IMG/VR virus record: IMGVR_UViG_3300047279_000159
Location: 1 to 51,607 of that record
From: a virus
Lineage: Duplodnaviria > Caudoviricetes
Length of the DNA stretch: 51,607 nt
Reading direction: 5' to 3' (one strand)
The notes beneath the pieces are model-generated. The model was not told where the DNA came from, searched no databases, and was given only the letters and a program-made list of their open reading frames with translations. The position numbers were made by a program, and so were the translations under genes. Below, piece after piece: positions 36,480 to 45,932 of the stretch (position 1 is the first letter of the stretch; each line of letters opens with the position of its first letter).

Positions 36480-38090
36480 ATGCGCCTTCATCTGATTGGT
36501 ATTTTTCATACCCAGGCAAAAGCATCTTTTTCCCACTGCGCTTTTACCGGCAAAGCTTTGCGTTTCCCGCGCATGATGCAAGCAGAAGGCTATGAAGTTA
36601 TTGAATACAGCAACGAAGGCAGTGAAGCTGGTGCAACTGAACACGTACCGATCCTGACGGTTGAAGAATTTGACCGTATTTATGGCAGCCGTAAAAAAAC
36701 TGATTTCCATGGTAACGATGCAACCATTGGTAGTGAAGGTCACCAGCTTTTTGAAGAGCGCGTCATCGTTGAATTGCGCCAACGTCTAGGCAAGGAAGAT
36801 ATCATCTGCCATCCATTTGGCCATGCCCATCAAATCCTGATGGACAAATTTCCCAATCATCACCACGTTGAAACTGGTATTGGTTATCCCACATTGATGC
36901 CAAATAGTTTTCGCATCTTTGAAAGCTACGCCTGGATGCACCACCACCAGGGACAAGAACAACGCCAAGGTCGCAACTATGAATGGGTAGTGCCTAACTA
37001 CTTTGATCTAAACGAATGGGAGCCATCTTATAAACCGGGGGAATACCTGGCCTTCCTAGGACGCATTTGTTCCGTCAAGGGAATGGACACCATCAAAGAA
37101 ATTGCCAGCTATAGTCCTTGGCCAATTGTTCTCCACGGTCAAGGTGATCCAACTCCCTGGACGCATCCGAACATTGAGTACCGTGGTCCCATTAGCGGCA
37201 CTGCACGCTCGGAATTTTTACGCAATGCCCGCGCTGCGTTGATGCCAACCAACTTCACCGAACCCTTCGCAGGTAGTGGTGTTGAAGCAATGTTGTGTGG
37301 CACACCGTTGATTGCAGTTGACTATGGTGCCTTCACTGAAACCATCATTGACGGAGTAACAGGTTTTCGCTGTCATACGCTCCAGGATTGGATCGATGCA
37401 ATCGACAACGCTGGTGACCTTGATCGGCAAGTAGTAGCTGACATCACGAGATCACGTTATAGCCTGGAAGCTTGCGGCAAAAAATACGACAAAATATTTA
37501 AAGATATCAACAATCTCAACAGAAAAGGTTGGTATCAACTACGTGAAACAGACGTAATTAATTACACGCATCTTCAGTACGAAGAACTACCTTTTGCCAA
37601 ACGTTTGGCACAGTGGGTTACCGATAACTTAAAACCAGCAAAACTATTGGACATCGGCTGTGGTCCTGGTACCTACGTCAATTGTTTTCAGGAACTTGGT
37701 GTCAATGCAATTGGTTACGACTCAGATCTTCGCGTTGAAGGTAGTGAACATCTTATTTGCCAAAGCCTTTTTGATATGCAAGAGACTGGAGATGTTGTCC
37801 TATGCATGGAAGTAGCAGAGCACATTGATAGCACCAACAATTTACAAATTGTTGAAGCAATGTCAAATTCCCTGGAACAAGACGGCATCTTGATATGGAC
37901 TGCAGCAAAACCTGGGCAAGGTGGAGTTGGTCACATTAATTGCCAAACAAAAGACTATTGGATTGACATGTTTGCTTCGCAACCTTTAGAACGTTGCCCT
38001 GATATTGAGCAGAAGTTAATTCAAGAAATGCAAGCAGGTTATCACATGGGCTGGTTTGTACAGAACTTATTAGTTTACAAACGTATTTAG
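36480..38090 (+). CDS. GT-B (GT4-like) glycosyltransferase fused to class I SAM methyltransferase
   Basis: FLGRI..KG, EPFAGSGVEAMLCGTPLI; LLDIGCGPG, CMEVAEHI. Confidence 0.85.
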   Translation: MRLHLIGIFHTQAKASFSHCAFTGKALRFPRMMQAEGYEVIEYSNEGSEAGATEHVPILTVEEFDRIYGSRKKTDFHGNDATIGSEGHQLFEERVIVELRQRLGKEDIICHPFGHAHQILMDKFPNHHHVETGIGYPTLMPNSFRIFESYAWMHHHQGQEQRQGRNYEWVVPNYFDLNEWEPSYKPGEYLAFLGRICSVKGMDTIKEIASYSPWPIVLHGQGDPTPWTHPNIEYRGPISGTARSEFLRNARAALMPTNFTEPFAGSGVEAMLCGTPLIAVDYGAFTETIIDGVTGFRCHTLQDWIDAIDNAGDLDRQVVADITRSRYSLEACGKKYDKIFKDINNLNRKGWYQLRETDVINYTHLQYEELPFAKRLAQWVTDNLKPAKLLDIGCGPGTYVNCFQELGVNAIGYDSDLRVEGSEHLICQSLFDMQETGDVVLCMEVAEHIDSTNNLQIVEAMSNSLEQDGILIWTAAKPGQGGVGHINCQTKDYWIDMFASQPLERCPDIEQKLIQEMQAGYHMGWFVQNLLVYKRI

Positions 38091-38094
38091 ACAT

Positions 38095-38125
38095 AAAAAA
38101 ACAGCTCCAGGATTTTGGAGCTGTT
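38095..38125 (-). terminator. terminator between convergent genes
   Basis: ACAGCTCCA/TGGAGCTGT stem with an adjacent A7 tract. Confidence 0.75.
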
Positions 38126-38141
38126 GGTATGTGATAAAAAT

Positions 38142-38357
38142 TTAAACAGCGGCCAGTTTCGCTTGCTTGCGTAGGTGCTTACCAACAGCTTCGATGTTCC
38201 AGCGGTAGGTATCACGCGAACGTGTTTCGGGAAATGCAGCGTAATGGGGCCCAAGTTTCAAGGTACCATTGTCGCGCATCTTGAAAAGTTGCTTACGGTC
38301 AATGCCGAGTAGTTCTTCTGCGCGGGTTACGGAAACCCAGCCGGTTGATTTGGTCAT
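38142..38357 (-). CDS. small excisionase-like winged-HTH protein
   Basis: WVSVTRAEELLGIDRKQLFKMRDNG...G.HY...YRWNI. Confidence 0.7.
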   Translation of the reverse strand: MTKSTGWVSVTRAEELLGIDRKQLFKMRDNGTLKLGPHYAAFPETRSRDTYRWNIEAVGKHLRKQAKLAAV

Positions 38358-38380
38358 GACTCAAGGTCGTGTACTCGCAC

Positions 38381-38408
38381 AGGCTATCAGGTCTCAGCAT
38401 CTTGTCAA
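38381..38408 (-). promoter_or_regulatory. sigma70-like promoter
   Basis: TTGACA-N16-TAGCCT upstream of the 38357 ATG. Confidence 0.45.
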
Positions 38409-38490
38409 GGGTTGTAACAAAAATTTTATCTTTATATTTTAAGGTTTGTAAGTAAGCAGATTTAAAATTAGATAACGGCAATCAAAGAGC

Positions 38491-38859
38491 ATGTTCAGCA
38501 GCGCAAATGATCCGCTCGCACTGCTTATTGAATTAACTCCTAAACTTGCAAAAAAACGATTTCGAGAACACATCTATGAAGCCTGGGACCACAAATGTGG
38601 TTATTGCGAAGACGTTGCCACAAGCTTGGACCATGTGATCCCGAGATTTAAGTCGGGTTCCAGTAATCGAAATAACCTGGTGCCAGCCTGCCGTAGGTGT
38701 AATACGTCTAAAGCAAGCACAAAGATGGAAGAGTGGTATCAGCAACAAGAATTCTTTACACAAGCTAGGATGGATAGAATTAAATTCTGGATGAATCAAG
38801 AAGTTATTGAGCTTTTTGTGTACTCTGTAGATACAACCCCTTGTCAGTTGGCAATTTAA
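38491..38859 (+). CDS. HNH endonuclease
   Basis: CGYC...SLDHVIP...NNLVPACRRCNTSK. Confidence 0.9.
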   Translation: MFSSANDPLALLIELTPKLAKKRFREHIYEAWDHKCGYCEDVATSLDHVIPRFKSGSSNRNNLVPACRRCNTSKASTKMEEWYQQQEFFTQARMDRIKFWMNQEVIELFVYSVDTTPCQLAI

Positions 38860-38860
38860 A

Positions 38861-41533
38861 GTGGCTTTAACTTATAACGCAGGAAATAAAACCTGGTCCA
38901 ACGTAGCGGAAAAAACAGATTACGATACCGGTCGCGTAACAGGTACTACGTTATATCCTATTAAAGGCATTGTAGGTCAAACCAGGGCTACACTAGGGAC
39001 ACTAGAGATTGTTAATTACACAACAGATCCCAACTGGAAAGGGGTAGGAGATGTCCCCGGAAAATTGTATTTAGGTCCCAAAGTTTACACTAAAGAAGGT
39101 TTTCGTATAGATCAAAATTCATCACAAGAACTTAAAAACTATGCTGAAGGATCAGGAGATTGGGCAGCTAACGCCCAGGCAAATGCTGATAGTGCTGCAC
39201 TGAATGAACAAAACAGTAAGAAAAACAATTTTTATAACAACGTAAATAACATTATTGCTGGAACAAACAACAATCAATACACTTATTTACAGGCTAAAGA
39301 CGCTATTGCAAGAGCCGCTTCAGACGCCGGTGTCCCGGCTGAAGAACTTAATAAAATGGTTAGCCCCCAAAACGGCAACTTTCGCACTTTTTACGCAAAT
39401 GAAAAAGTGCCGACATGGGACACAGCACTTGGGGCCAAACCTCTATACGGTACGTTTGACGCAAAATATTACAAAGAGCAACGTCCAGATGCGGCAAATG
39501 CTTGGAGAAATGCAGTTAATCAAGATGATCTTGATGTTATTCAACGCTATGACGAAAATGCTTTTTACTTACAAGACTATTCAACCACCGGTAAAGCCCA
39601 GGGAATTAGGGGTAACCGTGCTGAAATCACACAAGCTTCAAATGCATATTTAGAAACCCCACCAACAGATAGAGATTTACAAACAGTTCGAGATTTACAA
39701 CTTGGTATTGATACTGGAACACAATCAGATCGTTTACTTAATATCCCAGAAATTGCACAACAATGGGAAGCAGCTAAAAATGGTGATGCATATTGGGATA
39801 AATTAGCCAAAGAGAAGTATTTAGATGTTTCTAAAAAAGATGAATTTGCAGCTTTGTTTCGTTTATCTGATCGTCCAGAAGACAAGCAAATAGCTTTAAA
39901 CTACAACGTTAACGCAGGGTATGGTATTACCGATCTTGAAGATGCTTTAAATGAAGCTGTTGGTGAAAAAGCAATTGTAGATGTTAAAAAATTTGGCGCA
40001 CTTGCACAAAACGTCTTAAAAGACACAATTAAAGAATTGCAAAAAGTTAAATCAAAAGAACAAGCATTAAGTTTGTTTCGAAATTTTGAAGGTTTTAGTG
40101 AAATTACAGACATTAACAAAACACTTTCAAATTCAATTCTTGGTGATAGTGGTGTAGGAGGAGTGCTCTCTTTCACTTCTGGTAAAAATCCTGAAGATTC
40201 TTTAACAAAAAGCCTCCAAGGTATTACAGGTATTCAAAATAATACAACATACAATTGGCAGCAATGGTTTGATAAAACATTAAAAGAAAAATACAATAAA
40301 GATATAGAGCTTGGTTACACAGCTGGTGAAGCAAAAGAACAAGTAAAAATTGAGGGTGATTTTGCGCGTAATTTTATCGATACTTATTTAACCCCTCGTT
40401 TTAATACAGCCAGGTCAATGAACGAATTTGTGGAATACTTAGATGTTAGACAAGAAGAACAAAACCCATTCCAGACACAAGACCTGCTTAATGCCACAAC
40501 TCTTACTGCTAATTTACGATCAAAAGCTTATCTAGACCAAATAAAAGCAACGTCTGCTCGTAGTTTTGATCCTAATTTTTATTTCAGTCCAACAGGTGAC
40601 AAAGCACGAGAGTCAGATTATGCTAAACAGTCCTCAACTGTTGCGGCTGATTGGGAAGCAGCAAAGAAAGGCGATGGTTACTGGGCACAGCAGGCCTATC
40701 GGTTTGGTGTAGATGTCAATGATAAAGCTGCATTTGCTCGAATGCACTTTGAAGTTAAAGGGCAAGGGCAAGGGTACGATGCTGCAGAAGACATTCTTAA
40801 TGCTGGTAAAGTACAAGATGAAATTTACACCAATATTCTTCCTGCTTTAAAAGACGAAGCACTAAAACAAGGAACGGTATTCGGTTTGTTTGAAACACCC
40901 GAAGAGTTTGCCGATACTTTACTAAAAGGTTTAAATCCAGAAGATACAGATAACTGGAATGAAGTTTTAAAACGTTATGGCCTAACAGATTTTAAAGGAA
41001 CAGTAGAAGAACTAAAGGAATATATAGCCGAAACTTTACGTACTGGCTCTGCTCAAGAAATACGGTCGCAAATTAAATATTTAAATGAAAGAAGAAAAAA
41101 ACCAACCCAAGAAAATTTAGGTTCTACTTATATTGAGCGCCCTGAAGATTTTAAAAATGAACAAGCCAGTCCCGATACTGAACTTTACAAAGTATTCCAA
41201 TCTGCTGGGTTCCAGGGGAGTGAAGATGATTTTTACACTAAGTTTTTCCCTGATGTTGATCGTTCAGAACAACAGCTACTCACTAAAGCAGGTAGTAACG
41301 AAGCATTGAAGTTATCTGGATTAAATTTTAGTGACCCATTTGCCTCCCTTGGAACTATTGAAAGTTTCTTTGCTGAGGATGAACCTTCTGGAACAACAAG
41401 AAACACAAGCGGCGATGAAGATACCGATACAAATTTCTTTAGCTTAGGATCAGATAAAGAAGATGAAGATTACAAGTCCGCAACCGGACAAAAAATCTTG
41501 GGTGAATTTACCTCCATATTCAAAGGACTCTAA
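38861..41533 (+). CDS. large putative virion protein with internal repeat
   Basis: 890 aa; WEAAK.GD.YW occurs twice; FD..YY/FY motifs. Confidence 0.65.
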   Translation: MALTYNAGNKTWSNVAEKTDYDTGRVTGTTLYPIKGIVGQTRATLGTLEIVNYTTDPNWKGVGDVPGKLYLGPKVYTKEGFRIDQNSSQELKNYAEGSGDWAANAQANADSAALNEQNSKKNNFYNNVNNIIAGTNNNQYTYLQAKDAIARAASDAGVPAEELNKMVSPQNGNFRTFYANEKVPTWDTALGAKPLYGTFDAKYYKEQRPDAANAWRNAVNQDDLDVIQRYDENAFYLQDYSTTGKAQGIRGNRAEITQASNAYLETPPTDRDLQTVRDLQLGIDTGTQSDRLLNIPEIAQQWEAAKNGDAYWDKLAKEKYLDVSKKDEFAALFRLSDRPEDKQIALNYNVNAGYGITDLEDALNEAVGEKAIVDVKKFGALAQNVLKDTIKELQKVKSKEQALSLFRNFEGFSEITDINKTLSNSILGDSGVGGVLSFTSGKNPEDSLTKSLQGITGIQNNTTYNWQQWFDKTLKEKYNKDIELGYTAGEAKEQVKIEGDFARNFIDTYLTPRFNTARSMNEFVEYLDVRQEEQNPFQTQDLLNATTLTANLRSKAYLDQIKATSARSFDPNFYFSPTGDKARESDYAKQSSTVAADWEAAKKGDGYWAQQAYRFGVDVNDKAAFARMHFEVKGQGQGYDAAEDILNAGKVQDEIYTNILPALKDEALKQGTVFGLFETPEEFADTLLKGLNPEDTDNWNEVLKRYGLTDFKGTVEELKEYIAETLRTGSAQEIRSQIKYLNERRKKPTQENLGSTYIERPEDFKNEQASPDTELYKVFQSAGFQGSEDDFYTKFFPDVDRSEQQLLTKAGSNEALKLSGLNFSDPFASLGTIESFFAEDEPSGTTRNTSGDEDTDTNFFSLGSDKEDEDYKSATGQKILGEFTSIFKGL

Positions 41534-41820
41534 TGTCAGACAAAGCAAAAAAAGCCGTAAGTGCTTCCCATCGGTACCAGAAGGACAAGATGGAATGCAA
41601 CAAGCCTCAACGTGCCCCTAAGGGGGATACGCACAAGTGGGTTGTTAAAAGTTGTTACGACGGTGAAGAAAAAATTGTTAGATATGGTCGGCGTGGTTAT
41701 GAGGACTATACACAACATCACGACAAAGATCGGCGCACCAATTTCAGGGCACGCATGGGATGTGACAAGCCCATGGATAAGAACACACCTAAATACTGGG
41801 CTTGTTCTAGGCTCTGGTAG
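41533..41820 (+). CDS. DUF5754-like basic protein
   Basis: KIVRYG..GYEDYTQH.D..RR..F.AR...YWA...LW. Confidence 0.6.
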   Translation: MSDKAKKAVSASHRYQKDKMECNKPQRAPKGDTHKWVVKSCYDGEEKIVRYGRRGYEDYTQHHDKDRRTNFRARMGCDKPMDKNTPKYWACSRLW

Positions 41821-41857
41821 TTTGTGGTAAGGTGGCTGCGTAGGTCATTCAATCCTC

Positions 41858-41983
41858 ATGGCAAAAGCAAAAACAACTTCCACAACCAAAATTCAATCTA
41901 AGCCGAAAAAAACGCGGCAAGGCCAAGGTCAAAATTCACTAGCCAATCATGGGCGTAAAAAAATGCGCGGACAAGGTAGGTAA
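41858..41983 (+). CDS. 41-aa basic protein (KPKKTRQGQG...RKKMRGQGR)
   Basis: Manual translation; resembles small basic cyanophage proteins. Confidence 0.65.
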   Translation: MAKAKTTSTTKIQSKPKKTRQGQGQNSLANHGRKKMRGQGR

Positions 41984-42018
41984 ATTGTGTATGATTGGGG
42001 ATAACAATAGTTATCCCC

Positions 42019-42684
42019 ATGGCAGATTTTACGCATGCCATTAATCTCATTCGTAAATACGAAGGGTTTAATGAAAAGGCTTATGCCAATCCTTTAACTG
42101 GCGGCGAACCATATACGTTTGGGTATGGCACGCAATTTTATCCTGACGGTGCGCCAGTAAAAAAAGGACAATGTTGCAGCAAAGAGAAAGCACTGGAGTA
42201 TTTATTCCATGAAATCAATGTTATTGATGGCCAACTTTCTAAGTTAAACATTGGCCTAGATGACAACATGCGCCAGGCATTGATTTCATTCATTCATTCT
42301 GTAGGCTGGGAATCGTTTTTTTACAGTCGCGTAATTGACTGTATTGAACACGAAGATCTGTGCGCAGCAACAGAAGAGTTTAGCCGTTGGATTTTTGACG
42401 AAGAACATCGAGCCATTGGTGGCCTCCTGGATCGTAGACGAGAGGAAATTAATTTATTTCTTCAAGGAGTAGAAGACATTCCTTCTTCTCTTACTGATAT
42501 TTTGCTTGCTGCTTTTCGTAATTACACAGCATCCCCAAAGCAAGTGCAAGCAATTAGGCGACTAGAAGAACGGATCAGTCCGTATGTACTATCAGAGTTT
42601 GCTAATGCTTTTCGAACTGATGATAGCGATTGGGTCGATTATCCATCCGATGAGCTAGATTCTTTATTTAACAGCTGGTCTTAG
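42019..42684 (+). CDS. GH24 phage lysozyme with C-terminal extension
   Basis: LIRKYEGF...AY...TFGYGT; ALISF...VG; GLLDRRREE. Confidence 0.85.
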   Translation: MADFTHAINLIRKYEGFNEKAYANPLTGGEPYTFGYGTQFYPDGAPVKKGQCCSKEKALEYLFHEINVIDGQLSKLNIGLDDNMRQALISFIHSVGWESFFYSRVIDCIEHEDLCAATEEFSRWIFDEEHRAIGGLLDRRREEINLFLQGVEDIPSSLTDILLAAFRNYTASPKQVQAIRRLEERISPYVLSEFANAFRTDDSDWVDYPSDELDSLFNSWS

Positions 42685-42702
42685 AATATTTTTACTGAAG
42701 CC

Positions 42703-43005
42703 ATGAATACAGGGATGGAACGCTCATCTGAACCCAGGGAGTTTGAACTGCCTTTAGAACTTCAATTTGCTATGCGCAAAGCAGAGCTTCAGGCACAGGA
42801 GATGACCTGGGACCAACTTTACGCTGCACTTTTAAACCTCTACCACCAACGATTAATGGAGTGGCATGCAGTCAAAGATATCCTGGAGAATGAAAACATC
42901 AAGCTTGACTTTGATGTACCCACTGATTTAGAGCTAGCAGAACTCGCCGCCGCATGCGTATACGACGACGAGGATGATGATGATGACGACCTTCAGCCGT
43001 TCTAA
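42703..43005 (+). CDS. nblA: NblA-like phycobilisome degradation adaptor with acidic tail
   Basis: LPLELQFAMRKAELQAQEMTWDQLYAALLNLYHQRLM matches the NblA pattern L.LEQ.F.......+..M...Q....L..LY.Q.M. Confidence 0.6.
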   Translation: MNTGMERSSEPREFELPLELQFAMRKAELQAQEMTWDQLYAALLNLYHQRLMEWHAVKDILENENIKLDFDVPTDLELAELAAACVYDDEDDDDDDLQPF

Positions 43006-43514
43006 TTTTCTTCGTCTAATCCTATTAAACGGTCTAGGTACCAGCGTGATTTCTTCAGTGATTCTGTCCCGCCTTTATGGCGTTCACGCCAAACATACTT
43101 GGCAATATTTCCCTTCAAGTATCCACGATATTCTTCAACGGTTAGTTGCGCTTCGATGGCTTCAATGCATTCGATCCCGCCATCGGTGTAATGAGGCGGA
43201 TGATTAACTAGATCAGATTGCAGCTCAGGACGATAGGGTTTTGTTGTCCATGGAACGGGGCAAACCCCATCTTTACAACCGTTGTCTTCTACCGGCTCAA
43301 ACCACGGCGCTTTTGTGACAGCCGTTGTTCCAACTCCATCTTGTCCGCAGAAGGTAGCGCAATCATCAGTGTCTTGGGCATGGGCGCTGACCCTGGATAC
43401 CGCGTCACTGCCTCTTCCATCGACGGGATGTAACCGGTCATCCCCGGCCTTTGTCCCTGCAACGCTGGATTCCCCTCTAACCCGAGATTCGTCCGCTCCA
43501 TTCCCTGCTCGCAT
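43002..43514 (-). CDS. DUF3310 protein; start uncertain
   Basis: VNHPPHYT.GGIECIEAI...GYLKGNIAKYVWRE.HKGG.ESLKK..WYL. Confidence 0.85.
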   Translation of the reverse strand: MRAGNGADESRVRGESSVAGTKAGDDRLHPVDGRGSDAVSRVSAHAQDTDDCATFCGQDGVGTTAVTKAPWFEPVEDNGCKDGVCPVPWTTKPYRPELQSDLVNHPPHYTDGGIECIEAIEAQLTVEEYRGYLKGNIAKYVWRERHKGGTESLKKSRWYLDRLIGLDEEN

Positions 43515-43660
43515 GCTGCTAAGCCCCTGTTGTACATGTCATACAAGGGTACATCATTTTCCTCGTTATCGAGAGGTGCACCAAACATATCTTCGTCAAG
43601 GCAGCGGCACTTGACTTCGTCTTGAACGAAACTATCTAAGAATCCAGCGGCGCCGTGCAT
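43289..43660 (-). CDS. hypothetical protein overlapping the DUF3310 gene
   Basis: MHGAAGFLDSFVQDEVKCRC... Confidence 0.65.
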   Translation of the reverse strand: MHGAAGFLDSFVQDEVKCRCLDEDMFGAPLDNEENDVPLYDMYNRGLAACEQGMERTNLGLEGNPALQGQRPGMTGYIPSMEEAVTRYPGSAPMPKTLMIALPSADKMELEQRLSQKRRGLSR

Positions 43661-43700
43661 GGCTATATACAGCTTAAATTTCCTCAATTACAATATTATC

Positions 43701-44144
43701 ATGGCAAGATTTTACGACCCTCGTCAAGGTAGAGAAGACGAACCGTTTGATACACGGATCGGTAATAAGGGACGTCTTCAATATGATCCCAGCCATGACT
43801 CCGGTACTTCTGGAGCTGAATCATCTGACTTGCGTCCTGAACAGGCATACGATACAGACCTTCGTCGTGTAGAACCTGATGAACGAAACGCTGTTGAATC
43901 ATTAAACAGCAAACAAGATCAAATTGCTAAATACTTTGCAGCAGCTAGAAGTGCTGGAAAGTTCAAACAAAAAGCAAGTATTGATGAACCAACCATTCGT
44001 GGTAAGACCCCCAGGACAGAAGCTAATATTGCAGGTACCGCACTCCCAAGTATGGGGGATACCATCGGAAAATCTGGCAGTACCAACTATTCCGATGGTC
44101 CAAAAGCCTTCTCTGGGACTTTCCGTGGTTTTGGCGGATTTTAA
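43701..44144 (+). CDS. hypothetical protein
   Basis: ATG 43701 after a TACAAT motif. Confidence 0.65.
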   Translation: MARFYDPRQGREDEPFDTRIGNKGRLQYDPSHDSGTSGAESSDLRPEQAYDTDLRRVEPDERNAVESLNSKQDQIAKYFAAARSAGKFKQKASIDEPTIRGKTPRTEANIAGTALPSMGDTIGKSGSTNYSDGPKAFSGTFRGFGGF

Positions 44145-44338
44145 AAATGACGATTATTGTAAGCTTCAAGTTCTAAAGAATCTTGAAGCTGTTCAAACAT
44201 GTCAGCAAGCATGTTAAGTACCCACTGAACATCATCGCTACGGTATTTAGACAACCGTTTGGAAAGCTCTTCGTTTTCCTGGAAGATCACTGAACGAGTC
44301 AAGACTTCTAGGATGTCAAGTTTATTTTCAACATTCAT
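44141..44338 (-). CDS. hypothetical protein
   Basis: 65-aa ORF coupled to dcd. Confidence 0.65.
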   Translation of the reverse strand: MNVENKLDILEVLTRSVIFQENEELSKRLSKYRSDDVQWVLNMLADMFEQLQDSLELEAYNNRHF

Positions 44339-44925
44339 TAAACTTGTGAAAAAACAATTTCTTTTTGTTGGTTTTGGTATTTACCTTTTCGATCTTGATA
44401 AGTAACTTCACAAGGATTGCCACGATAAAACAGCAACTGGGTGATGCCTTCGTCAGCGTAGATACGATTAAAAAGCCCCGTGCAATTACTAATTTCTAAA
44501 GTTAAATAACCCTCCCAGCCAGATTCTGCTGGAGTGATATTAACCAAGATTCCCGACCGAGCATAAGTAGATTTGCCTACTGCAACAACGGTTACGTCAC
44601 GAGGAAGTTTTAAGCGTTCTTGTGCAACTCCTAAGCAATAACCATAAGGAGGCAGCATAAAATACTGGCCCTTCTCATCTTCTAGTAATTCTGTTTCACA
44701 AAGAATCTCGGGGTTAAATTCTTTGGGATCGCATTCACCTGCTTGAATTCGTCCAAAAATTAAACATTGTTTTGGTGATAGGCGGATGTCATAACCATAG
44801 GAACTAAGTCCGTAGCTAAGAATGTTTTTTCCATCTCGTTCACTAACAAGATGATCTTTGAAAGGAGCAATCATCTCTCGGTTTTGAGCCAAGTACTTGA
44901 TTTCCCAATCGGCCAGGATGCTCAT
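44338..44925 (-). CDS. dcd: dCTP deaminase
   Basis: SYGLSSYGYDIRL, GKSTYARSG, TPAESGWEG.LTLEISN, Y..RKGKYQ.Q. Confidence 0.95.
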   Translation of the reverse strand: MSILADWEIKYLAQNREMIAPFKDHLVSERDGKNILSYGLSSYGYDIRLSPKQCLIFGRIQAGECDPKEFNPEILCETELLEDEKGQYFMLPPYGYCLGVAQERLKLPRDVTVVAVGKSTYARSGILVNITPAESGWEGYLTLEISNCTGLFNRIYADEGITQLLFYRGNPCEVTYQDRKGKYQNQQKEIVFSQV

Positions 44926-44958
44926 TGCTGCGTCGAATCGTTCTTTAGTCTACAAAAC

Positions 44959-45546
44959 CTAGCAGAGGATCCGGCCTTTTTCCTCGTAAATATCAATAAA
45001 TTTTTGCACAGCATTACCGGCATCATCTATTGGAGGCAAATAAACCAAAAATGAAGTGCAAGTCTTGTGTCTGTCAATACCTTTGCTGGTATTCTTTACT
45101 AAGGTTGGTGCGGTTTTTAAAATACAGATAGGAAAGTCAAAGATTTTTTGTTCATATCGAATCATGTCAGGGCAGTTGGTAAAGTACAAGCCCTGTTGAA
45201 CCTCCCGGTTAAACCAAGAACGGTAAAGTTTTCGAAACCAAACAGCATGCGAAGATACCAAAGTTGGGGACGAAGCCCTGGTCATTTTCCACCTATCGTT
45301 TTTTTTGTCACGAAAGTATGCGCCCCCTGGTGGAAACAAATAAACACGTCCGTACCATTGTTGAATATTTAACCCATCATCTAAAGGAGTAAAAAACTTT
45401 TCTGCTTCTACATATTCATTGGCAACTTTAGAGCTAGCCACATCAAGTTCAATGCCGTTTAACAACGCATGCGCAGAAGAAACTAAGTCGTAGCTAGTAA
45501 TTAACTCAAGATCTTCTTTGCGGCTACGGATATCATGAATAGCCAT
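44959..45546 (-). CDS. phage N6-adenine methyltransferase-like protein with degenerate motif IV
   Basis: IELDVAS...FT..DDGL...W.GRVYLFPPG (NPPY expected). Confidence 0.65.
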   Translation of the reverse strand: MAIHDIRSRKEDLELITSYDLVSSAHALLNGIELDVASSKVANEYVEAEKFFTPLDDGLNIQQWYGRVYLFPPGGAYFRDKKNDRWKMTRASSPTLVSSHAVWFRKLYRSWFNREVQQGLYFTNCPDMIRYEQKIFDFPICILKTAPTLVKNTSKGIDRHKTCTSFLVYLPPIDDAGNAVQKFIDIYEEKGRILC

Positions 45547-45932
45547 TAAGTTTCAGAAGTCTTGTTGTAATCAATTTCAAAATACCGCATACCATCATTG
45601 TCATTAATAACGTAACCAGCTTTTTCTGTTGGATCGATTTTTTGAGCGGCTTGGAGAATACGTCGAAAACTTTCTGCTAAATCGCCGTCGTTACTGCGTT
45701 CAGACTCTTCTTGAGCTGAGTGAATTTCTTTTAGTGTCAAAAAGAACATAGAGCGTTCTTTATTTAAAGGCTGAAACACCATTACGCCAGGTCCTTCGTG
45801 CTCCCACATTTTTAAATATTGTTCCCCCATGTCACCAAGAATTAGCTTGATTGTGGCATCAAGCATTCTGGCTTTGGTTGGATCCATGTCCGGACCAATT
45901 ACCGAAGCAATTAACTGTTCGCGTTTTTTCAT
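45546..45932 (-). CDS. hypothetical protein
   Basis: 128-aa coupled ORF. Confidence 0.7.
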   Translation of the reverse strand: MKKREQLIASVIGPDMDPTKARMLDATIKLILGDMGEQYLKMWEHEGPGVMVFQPLNKERSMFFLTLKEIHSAQEESERSNDGDLAESFRRILQAAQKIDPTEKAGYVINDNDGMRYFEIDYNKTSET

